Source of the DNA: an uncultured Desulfospira sp.
Lineage (GTDB): Bacteria; Desulfobacterota; Desulfobacteria; Desulfobacterales; Desulfobacteraceae
Assembly (NCBI GenBank): GCA_963663165.1
Contig: OY760175.1
Location: 4,768,001-4,832,000 of the forward strand
Direction of reading: 5' to 3'
DNA length: 64,000 bases
Made by a program: the position numbers and the translations under genes. A model generated the notes under the pieces. The model had not been told where the DNA came from. It saw nothing but the letters and a program-made list of their open reading frames with translations, and made no database searches. This document shows positions 33,212 to 41,025 of this stretch, piece by piece. How positions within the stretch are numbered: the first letter of the stretch is position 1; every line of letters starts with the position of its first letter.

Positions 33212-34117
33212 ATGAGTAAACCACGTATTGGCGTTATTGGAACCGGTGTCATGGGCGCGCCTATGGCCGCCAACCTGGCCAAGGCCGGCTACAGTCTTAC
33301 CCTGTATGACATCAATCAGGAATCATTGCAAAAGGCGGTCGCTGCATCGCCCCTGATGACGGCGGCGGATTCCCCTAAAGCCGTTGGGCAGAATTCGGAC
33401 ATCGTCATCACCATGCTGCCGTCAGGAAAGTTCGTTCAAGAAGCCGTGCTCAAAGAAAACGGGCTGATCCAGGGCCTCAAGCAGGGAGGGCTGCTCATTG
33501 ATACCTCCTCATCGGAACCATGGATGACGGTTGAAACCGCAAAGGCCCTGGAAGCCAAAGGCATCGCCATGGTGGACGCGCCGGTATCCGGGGCTGAAAA
33601 AGGGGCAAAAGAGGCTGACCTGGTATTTATGGTCGGCGGTGAAAAAGCAGCAGTGGACCAGGCCATGCCGGTTCTCAAGGCAATGGGGAATCAGATGTTT
33701 CATCTTGGGCCCAGCGGGTCCGGCCACACCATGAAGTGCATCAATAACATGATCACGGCAATGACCTTTATGGCCACCACGGAAGGGCTTGCCCTGGGCA
33801 AGCAGCTCAACCTTGATCTTGAAGCCATGAACGATGTGCTGAATGTATCAACCGGAGGCTCATGGATCAGCCAGACCCAGTTCAAACGGCATATTTTTAA
33901 CCGCAAATTCGATGATATGTTTAAATTGCGGTTAATGGTCAAAGACATCGGCATTGCCATGAATCTGGCCGACCAGATCAAGACACCGATTCCCTTATCG
34001 GCATTGGGACATCATTTGTGGAAAGCCGCTGCCAATTATGGTAAAGAAGATGCCAGTATCAGCAACGTGGTCAGCTGGGTGGAGCACGTTACCGGTGTTG
34101 AGATTTCCAAATCTTAG
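33212..34117 (+). CDS. NAD(P)-dependent beta-hydroxyacid dehydrogenase (3-hydroxyisobutyrate dehydrogenase / GarR family)
   Basis: GTGVMGAPMA, DAPVSG, FMVGG, catalytic KCINN, KDIGIA. Confidence 0.9.
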   Translation: MSKPRIGVIGTGVMGAPMAANLAKAGYSLTLYDINQESLQKAVAASPLMTAADSPKAVGQNSDIVITMLPSGKFVQEAVLKENGLIQGLKQGGLLIDTSSSEPWMTVETAKALEAKGIAMVDAPVSGAEKGAKEADLVFMVGGEKAAVDQAMPVLKAMGNQMFHLGPSGSGHTMKCINNMITAMTFMATTEGLALGKQLNLDLEAMNDVLNVSTGGSWISQTQFKRHIFNRKFDDMFKLRLMVKDIGIAMNLADQIKTPIPLSALGHHLWKAAANYGKEDASISNVVSWVEHVTGVEISKS

Positions 34118-34148
34118 GATCATGGACCCCTAACTTGAAGGCATCATA

Positions 34149-34796
34149 TTGAAAAAAACATTGAAGCAGAAAGCCTACCAGATCATTAAAAACAAGATTA
34201 TGAACTTTGAGCTCAGGCCCGGCGAGAGTATCCGTGAAAGCGCAGTGTCACGGGACTTAAAACTGGGCCGCATGCCGGTCAGAGAAGCCTTGGCCATGCT
34301 TGAGAATGAAAACCTTCTGGTTAAAACAGCCGGATATGGATATCAGATCAAAAAGCTCAAAGATTCTGAAATTAATGATTATTTTAAAATTCGATGCAAG
34401 CTTGAAAGTGTCGGGGTCCAGATGCTGATTGAACGGGCCACGGATGCCGATATCTCGCGGATGAAAAAGCATATTGAAAAAGCCGTTGAAATTTATAAAG
34501 GCGACAATATCATCAAGATGATCGAAAGTGATACCCAATTTCATGATATGATGTATCAGGCGACAAAATCAACGGTCCTTTATGATACCATTTCATGTTT
34601 ATCCAATCAGACCATTATCATGCGTGCCGCCGCGATGCAGACCCAGAGCGGAAGAGACAGCTCCATAACCGACCATATTAAAATAATGGCCGCTATTGAA
34701 GAAAGAGACCTGGAAGGACTTCAGATGCTCATTTCCGAGCACCTCAAGTTTGCCCCCATGCATTATGAGTCTATCCGTACGTTCATTTTTGTTTGA
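34149..34796 (+). CDS. GntR family regulator with FCD domain
   Basis: LRPGE...GRMPVREAL HTH; DTQFH and DHIKIM...EH in the FCD domain. Confidence 0.9.
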   Translation: MKKTLKQKAYQIIKNKIMNFELRPGESIRESAVSRDLKLGRMPVREALAMLENENLLVKTAGYGYQIKKLKDSEINDYFKIRCKLESVGVQMLIERATDADISRMKKHIEKAVEIYKGDNIIKMIESDTQFHDMMYQATKSTVLYDTISCLSNQTIIMRAAAMQTQSGRDSSITDHIKIMAAIEERDLEGLQMLISEHLKFAPMHYESIRTFIFV

Positions 34797-34817
34797 AACC
34801 ATGAAGGAGGTCATCAA

Positions 34818-35132
34818 ATGATCCGCATGTCAGTGATGTATCCGGATACCGGCAGCCGGTTTGATATGACATATTTTTTAAGCGACCATTTGGCGCTGGT
34901 TAGAAAACTGTTAACCCCCTACGGCCTGGTGCGCGTTGAGGTGGATAAAGGGCTCAATGCCGGGCCTCAGGGTGATAAAGCGCCCTATACCGTCATCGCC
35001 CATTTGATTTTTGACAATCCGGAATCCATGCAGGAAGGATTAAAAAGACATGATCCTGAACTGGCAGCCGACACCCCCGCGTATACGGATATCAAACCGG
35101 ATTTTCAGGTCAGTGAAATGATTGACGGCTAA
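34818..35132 (+). CDS. EthD family protein
   Basis: MIRMSVMYP...FDMTYFLSDHL...ADTPAYTDIKP...QVSE; GGAGG RBS. Confidence 0.8.
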   Translation: MIRMSVMYPDTGSRFDMTYFLSDHLALVRKLLTPYGLVRVEVDKGLNAGPQGDKAPYTVIAHLIFDNPESMQEGLKRHDPELAADTPAYTDIKPDFQVSEMIDG

Positions 35133-35248
35133 TGTTTGTTGTAAAAAAACAACGGCAGGCCAACACCGGGGTGCCGCGACCATTGTCAATACCGGCCCTC
35201 AAGTCCCTGCCGGAAAATTAAAATATTTTAAATGGAGAGGAAAATTCA

Positions 35249-36730
35249 ATGACTGAAACCTACAAGGCGTTTATCAACGGTCAATGGACAGACGCGGAAC
35301 AGGGAAAAACAACCCCCGTCATCAACCCTGCCACCGGGCAGATCGTTGCCAATGTCGCGTGCTGCGCTGTTTCCGATCTCAACAAAGCCGTTGATGCGGC
35401 TCAAAAGGCCGGCCCGGGATGGGCGGCCACACCAGTGGCTGAACGGTCCAAAATTCTGCTTAAAGCCTCCCAGCTGATCATGAAAAACCAGGAGGCCCTG
35501 GCCGCCCTTGAAACCATGGAACACGGCTCTCCCATGCGCAAAACCATGAACTTTGATGTGCCCCTCTGTGCGGAGCAGCTTGAATATTTTGCCGGGGTTT
35601 CCCGTGCCATGACCGGGGATACCCTGCCTGTGGGCCCCTGGTGCCTGTCCACCACGGTTCATGAACCCCTGGGCGTGGTCGGCCTGATCACCCCCTGGAA
35701 TTTTCCGGCCCTCATGGTCATCTGGAAACTGGGGGCGGCCCTTGTGACCGGCAATACCTGCGTGGTGAAACCGCCTTCCATTGCACCGCTGACCCCCTTG
35801 AAACTGGCTGAGATTTTCACTGAAGCCGGGGCCCCTGCCGGGGTGGTCAACGTGGTCCCGGGGCCTGGCGCCGAGATCGGCGAAGCCCTGGTACAGCATC
35901 CCAAGGTGGCCAAAATCGGTTTTACCGGTGATACCTCCACGGGAAAGCGCATTGCCAAATTGGCGGCCGACAGCGTCAAGCAGGTCGGCCTGGAACTGGG
36001 CGGAAAGAATGCCTTTCTGGTATTGGATGATGCCGATGTGGATGCGGCGGTTCAAGGCGCGGTATTTGGGGCGTTTTTTAATTCCGGGCAGGTCTGCGCT
36101 GCGGCCAGCCGGTTCTATATCCATGAGTCCGTGTACGACGAATTTGCACAAAAATTTGTGGCTGAAGCCCAAAAACTTACGGTCGGTGATCCCACCAACA
36201 TGGAAACTGTTATCGGGCCGGTGGCCTATGAGGGCCATAGAAATAAAATTGAAAGCTATATTGAAAATGCCAAACAAAGCGGTGCCACACTGCTGCTCGG
36301 CGGCGAACGCCCTGGTGCCCCGGAAGTCAAAGACGGCTTTTTTGTTGCCCCGACGATTTTTGGCGACTGCGATCACAATGCCCCGTTCATGAGAGAAGAG
36401 ATCTTCGGGCCGGTGGTGGGACTTTGCAAGTTCAAAGAGACCCAGGATGCGGTGAACATGGTCAATGACACGCCCTTTGGGCTGTCAGCGTCGGTATGGA
36501 CCAAAGACACGGCCAAAGCCATCCGGCTGGCCGGCAGCATTCAGGCCGGTACGGTCTGGATCAATGAGCATCTGATCATCTTCTGCGATACCCCCTGGGG
36601 CGGCTGCAAAGAGTCCGGCTGGGGCAAAGACCTGTCCAAAATGGTGCTGGAAGAGTACACCCTGACCAAGCACATTTATATTGATACCACCGGAGAAGTG
36701 GATAAACCCTGGTATGGCATATTGAAATAA
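35249..36730 (+). CDS. Aldehyde dehydrogenase
   Basis: ITPWNFP, FTGDT, LELGGKN, NSGQVC, EEIFGPV. Confidence 0.95.
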   Translation: MTETYKAFINGQWTDAEQGKTTPVINPATGQIVANVACCAVSDLNKAVDAAQKAGPGWAATPVAERSKILLKASQLIMKNQEALAALETMEHGSPMRKTMNFDVPLCAEQLEYFAGVSRAMTGDTLPVGPWCLSTTVHEPLGVVGLITPWNFPALMVIWKLGAALVTGNTCVVKPPSIAPLTPLKLAEIFTEAGAPAGVVNVVPGPGAEIGEALVQHPKVAKIGFTGDTSTGKRIAKLAADSVKQVGLELGGKNAFLVLDDADVDAAVQGAVFGAFFNSGQVCAAASRFYIHESVYDEFAQKFVAEAQKLTVGDPTNMETVIGPVAYEGHRNKIESYIENAKQSGATLLLGGERPGAPEVKDGFFVAPTIFGDCDHNAPFMREEIFGPVVGLCKFKETQDAVNMVNDTPFGLSASVWTKDTAKAIRLAGSIQAGTVWINEHLIIFCDTPWGGCKESGWGKDLSKMVLEEYTLTKHIYIDTTGEVDKPWYGILK

Positions 36731-36802
36731 GGGCCACGGGCCAACACCGCCCACAACGAATAATGAATGTCTTATCAGGATGTTAGTAAGACTTTCATAT
36801 AA
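36731..36802 (-). repeat. Family A two-hairpin repeat, reverse orientation, directly after the ALDH stop
   Basis: Reverse complement reads ttatatgaaagtcttactaacatcctgataagacattcattattcgttgtgggcggtgttggcccgtggccc. Confidence 0.75.
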
Positions 36803-36963
36803 AGGGCTTTTAAAGGAGACCGGAAACCGGAGACCGGAAACCGGAGACCGGATGCCAGATTCGGGGATTGATACGCCATCTTGCTCTTAATCATGATCCC
36901 GCTCTTGCTCTAAACAATTTGAGCAAGAGCAGGATTAAGAGCAGGCGCAGGAAAATCAGCCTT

Positions 36964-37014
36964 GTTGGAGCGGGCCATGCCCGCGATTCAATCGCGGGCA
37001 TGGCCCGCTCCAAC
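36964..37014. repeat. REP doublet (REPIN-like perfect palindrome)
   Basis: gttggagcgggccatgcccgcgatt-c-aatcgcgggcatggcccgctccaac; resembles GT(A/G)G-type REPs, with GTTG ends. Confidence 0.75.
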
Positions 37015-37101
37015 CCTACCGCTCAAACCAGGGAACTTGCCGTATTTGGTCTCTCGTCTCCCTTCCTCCGGTCTCCATTCTTTATAACCTTGAGCCGCTT
37101 A

Positions 37102-37995
37102 TCACTCTCTGGACTGCCTGGCGACAATTTCGTGGATGGCCTTATAATCGTCGTCTGAAACGGCCACAATCCCTGCCATATTCATGTTTTTCAGCATGGC
37201 AGAAAGGCTGGGTGCCGATGAAAACATCACCTTTCTGATCTGGTCCTTCAAAGATTTGTCCAGGGCCCCGCTGAACACAAAGGGATCGTGATGGATGGGG
37301 GCGGATTGCCAGAGCACCACCACCTGGTCCGGATCCAGTCTCTTTTTTATAACTGCCTCATCAATTCTGGCCGACGAGACAAAGGCGGCATCCACATGCC
37401 CGTGCAAAACCGAATTGATGGACCGGTCATGGGAACCGGTAAAGACAACGGTTTCAAAATAAGCGTTTAACGGCTGGCCCACATGTTTTGAAAAGGCCAT
37501 GTTGGGGATGATGGCGCCTGAGGTGCTTTCCGGGTCTGTCAAAGCCACCTTGTGCTGTTTTAAGTCTTCAACCGACTTGAACCCGTTGTCTCTCAACGTA
37601 AGCAACGCCGAGAAATAGTAACTCCCCTCGGGCGTAATGAAACCTTTTTTTCTGGCAAATGAAGCAAAGGCTTCCACCCGGTGATCCCTTGCCTTTGCCT
37701 TGGCATAGGAGGCCGGCCCTAAAACGGCAAAATCTATGGTGTTGGACAAGATCCCCTCAATCACCGAATGGTAGGAAAGGGGCCGGACAACCTGTATGGA
37801 TTTTTTAAGTTTCTGTTCCAGCAGGCCGAGCAGGGGGGATAATTCCTGAATCTGCTGGTCAATATTTTTCTTGGGGACAAGGGAAAAATAGAGGACATCA
37901 GCCGTATTATCAGCCATGCAAATGTTTGCCGAAACAGGAGACCATAAAATCATGACGGCACAGGCCAGGACCTTGACAACCGTTTTCCAGCGCAT
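37102..37995 (-). CDS. PhnD/PtxB-like phosphate/phosphonate-binding protein
   Basis: Signal peptide; DFAVLGPASY, DPESTSG, TGSHD, VDAAF. Confidence 0.85.
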   Translation of the reverse strand: MRWKTVVKVLACAVMILWSPVSANICMADNTADVLYFSLVPKKNIDQQIQELSPLLGLLEQKLKKSIQVVRPLSYHSVIEGILSNTIDFAVLGPASYAKAKARDHRVEAFASFARKKGFITPEGSYYFSALLTLRDNGFKSVEDLKQHKVALTDPESTSGAIIPNMAFSKHVGQPLNAYFETVVFTGSHDRSINSVLHGHVDAAFVSSARIDEAVIKKRLDPDQVVVLWQSAPIHHDPFVFSGALDKSLKDQIRKVMFSSAPSLSAMLKNMNMAGIVAVSDDDYKAIHEIVARQSRE

Positions 37996-37996
37996 T

Positions 37997-40351
37997 CTAT
38001 ATTCTCCTTATAGGTGAGGTGATAAATTCACGGATCTTTTTTTCAGGCACAGGCCGGCTGAACAGATAGCCCTGAACCTGTTCGCACCCGGCCACCTTGA
38101 GGTTGATCAGCTGATCATGGGTTTCAACCCCTTCGGCCACAACGGCAAGGTTCAGCTTTTTGGCCAGGATGATGGTTGATGAAACAATGGGGCTGTCATT
38201 GTGGCTGTTCCGGATATCCTTTACAAAACTCTGGTCGATTTTAAGGGAACTGACGGGAAGGGACCGGATGTGGTCCAGGCTTGAGAACCCTTTGCCAAAA
38301 TCGTCCAGATAAATCTTGACCCCCTTGTCAAATAAGGTCTGCAGGTTTTGGGTCACGATCTGCCGGTCTTCGATAAAGGCGTTTTCGGTAATTTCAACTT
38401 CAATGAGGTTCAGCGGAATCTTGTGGGATTTTAGAATGTCCATAAACCGTGCCGCATAGTCTTTGTCCTTGAGTTCAAGGGGAGAGGCATTAACGGCTAT
38501 GGGAATCAGGTCCATCCCGGCACTCCGCCAGGCCGACTGCTGCCGGCAGGCCGCCTTGATGACCCAGGTGCCCAGGTCGGCGATCAGCCCGGTCTCTTCA
38601 GCCAGTTCTATGAAATCCAGGGGGAAAATCAGGTTGTGGTGGGGATGCTGCCAGCGGATCAGGGATTCAAGCCCCACCACCCGAAAGTCTTTCAGCCGGA
38701 TTTTGGGCTGATAGTGGAGGACAAATTCCCCGTCGGCAATGGCTGCCGGCATCCGCTGCTCAAGTTCAAATTTTTCTATGGACACGGTGTTCAGGCTGGG
38801 ATCAAAAAAACGGTATTGGCCCCGGCCGGATTTTTTGGCCTTGTACATGGCGGCATCGGCATTGAGCAGGAGGGTCTCAATATTCTCTCCATCCCTGGGG
38901 TAAACGGAAACGCCGATACTCGGGCTGGTGATGATCCGGTGGCCGTCCAGGTTTTTACAGGGAGCGGAAACGGCGGCCATGATTTTTTCTACTACCAGCG
39001 CAATATTCTTTTCACTCTTGATCTCTGTGAGCATAACAACAAATTCATCCCCGCCGAACCTTGCGACAATATCCGCTTTTCGGGTACAGGTTTTCAGGCG
39101 CTGACTCACCTCTTTGAGCAGCAGGTCCCCGATTTTGTGGCCAAGGGTGTCGTTGATGGTCTTGAACCGGTCCAGATCAATGAACAGGACAGCATAAGAG
39201 AACTTATTCCGTTTGGCCTGGAGCAGGTTTTTCTCCGCCAGGGAAACAAACAGGTTCCTGTTGTAAAGTTCGGTGAGCGGGTCAAGGGATGCCGCCCGGC
39301 TGGATGCCTTATACTCTTTTTCAAGCTTCTTGATCAGCTCATTGTTTTTCTGGTTGGAGATGGCCAGGGCATCCATGTACTCTTGTTTGCGGTCTATCAT
39401 TTTAAACAACAGCACCATGCCGGACAGGCCAAGGGTTGTTAATAGCGCCAGAATGCAAAACAACCGGTTTCTATACTGGTTGCAATCAGAAAAAAATTCG
39501 CCTAACCCGTTGCCAATGGTAATGACAAAAGGATAATCCCGGACACGCCGGTAGGTCAGATGATAATCGCCAAGGGTGGGATGTTTAAAAATCCCGGAAC
39601 CTGAAGTCCCGGGAATGACCCCGTTCAGCATGTTCATCACCGGAGATTCCCCGACAACCAGTCCGCCGCTTTCAAACCGGGCCAGTTCTTTTCCCCCGTC
39701 ATACTGCACGGTAATGGTTCCGGTTTTACCAATGTTGATATCCTGAAGCAGGTTTAGAAAATATCCAAAATCCATTTCAAGGAGTATGGCCCCTCTAACG
39801 GCAGCCCCTTTTTTCAGGGGAAACAGAAAAGGCACCTGCCAGGAGGCAACAGACCTGCCTTTTTCACGCTCCATGAGAACCGGCTGGCCGGTTTCCACCA
39901 TTTTGTCGATCTGATGTTTGATGTTGTCCGGCTTACTGCCTCTACCAGGGGAGGATTCATAACAGGATTCCCCGGACAGCTCATAAAGGGCAATGCGTGT
40001 AAAGGTTCGTTCTCCATATAGAAAGCCATGGATATCCTCAAGGGATTTATCGGCCCGGGCAAACCATTTTGAGGCAAACAGCTCAATGGCCTGGCGCTGT
40101 TCAAGAATCTGGAACAGGTTTTCAGCCAGTACTCCGGCCAGGTTATACTGCTCCCTTTCAAGACCGTTCAGCAGTTCTTTTTTGTTTTTCTCCACCTGAA
40201 ACAAAAACAGGCCCCAGGCCAGAAAAATCAATACGGTACTGAACAGGATCATCCCTTTTTTTGAAAACCGGGAGTAACGCGCTTTATGGCTGAGCGATTC
40301 CCCATTCAGGGCATCAAAGGTTTTTATGTTCATCTGTGCAGCGCTTTGCAC
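37997..40351 (-). CDS. Membrane Cache-GGDEF-EAL protein (exact start uncertain)
   Basis: 2 TM helices; DPLTELYNR, RFGGDEF; EAL domain ESLIRW, EITE, DDFGKGFSS, KIDQSF, EGVE, QGYLF. Confidence 0.92.
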   Translation of the reverse strand: MQSAAQMNIKTFDALNGESLSHKARYSRFSKKGMILFSTVLIFLAWGLFLFQVEKNKKELLNGLEREQYNLAGVLAENLFQILEQRQAIELFASKWFARADKSLEDIHGFLYGERTFTRIALYELSGESCYESSPGRGSKPDNIKHQIDKMVETGQPVLMEREKGRSVASWQVPFLFPLKKGAAVRGAILLEMDFGYFLNLLQDINIGKTGTITVQYDGGKELARFESGGLVVGESPVMNMLNGVIPGTSGSGIFKHPTLGDYHLTYRRVRDYPFVITIGNGLGEFFSDCNQYRNRLFCILALLTTLGLSGMVLLFKMIDRKQEYMDALAISNQKNNELIKKLEKEYKASSRAASLDPLTELYNRNLFVSLAEKNLLQAKRNKFSYAVLFIDLDRFKTINDTLGHKIGDLLLKEVSQRLKTCTRKADIVARFGGDEFVVMLTEIKSEKNIALVVEKIMAAVSAPCKNLDGHRIITSPSIGVSVYPRDGENIETLLLNADAAMYKAKKSGRGQYRFFDPSLNTVSIEKFELEQRMPAAIADGEFVLHYQPKIRLKDFRVVGLESLIRWQHPHHNLIFPLDFIELAEETGLIADLGTWVIKAACRQQSAWRSAGMDLIPIAVNASPLELKDKDYAARFMDILKSHKIPLNLIEVEITENAFIEDRQIVTQNLQTLFDKGVKIYLDDFGKGFSSLDHIRSLPVSSLKIDQSFVKDIRNSHNDSPIVSSTIILAKKLNLAVVAEGVETHDQLINLKVAGCEQVQGYLFSRPVPEKKIREFITSPIRRI

Positions 40352-40470
40352 CTGCTACCATCCTTTACGACTATTCATCCAGGGCACCCTGCCCGGCCAT
40401 AAGTGCCGGCATGGGGAATTTAAAACTCCCTTTTTACATCCCAGGCCCTGTCCTTACAACATGTTTTTTA

Positions 40471-40650
40471 TAAGAAAGTCTCACTAACAAGCTGAAAAGA
40501 CTTTCATTTTTCGTTGTGGACGATTCTTGGTTGGATAATCCAAGCCGTCCGTGACGGTTATATGAAAGACTCAGCAACCTGTTGAGTGCTTTCAATATTT
40601 GTTGTGGGCAGTTCTTGGTTGGATAACCAAGGCGGCCCGTGGCCGTTATG
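40471..40650 (+). repeat. Family A two-hairpin repeat, two tandem units
   Basis: Unit 1 at 40471-40560 and unit 2 at 40561-40650, with covarying stems. Confidence 0.8.
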
Positions 40651-40703
40651 CAAAAAAACGAACCTGTGAAAAGAAACCCGGCTGACAATGAGATCGATAT
40701 CAT

Positions 40704-40775
40704 CTGAAACCGGCTGTCTTGTCCTCAGATCCGCGGCTTTTATGCCTGGCTTTTTAGCCAGAGGGGCCTTGAATC
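40704..40775 (-). ncRNA. Candidate, divergent c-di-GMP-I (GEMM-I) riboswitch aptamer
   Basis: Minus strand AAGGC-cct-CUGGCU-AAAA-AGCCAG-GCAU-AAAAGCCGCGGAUCU...AGACAGCCGGUUUC; lies upstream of the GGDEF-EAL gene. Confidence 0.45.
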
Positions 40776-41025
40776 GGGTATATTAAAAAAAATGGGAATA
40801 CCGTTGCAATGGATTTTACCTGATTTAACATAAATCTAATATTTCATTGGGTGTTGGAAAAAAGGTTGGGGGGGCAAAAAAATAAAAATGACGTTTTTAG
40901 CTTTCGGAATAAACCTATAAGTTCAGAAGGGAATAAAATAACGTTGTAACGGATCACCCGCCAAAGGGACCTGTGGCCCCAAATGGCGGGTGAACTTTTT
41001 ATACCGAAACCTTGTGTTGTCCTTT

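Noticed and set aside
35246..36376. 376-aa antisense ORF opposite the ALDH, and similar shadow ORFs opposite icmF, GGDEF-EAL, the PKS and ispH
   Set aside because: They are antisense shadows of well-supported genes with no recognisable motifs.
40793..40808. Sigma-54-like motif TGGGAATACCGTTGCA on the + strand
   Set aside because: Imperfect -24 element, and it points antisense into the PKS 3' end with no gene to drive.
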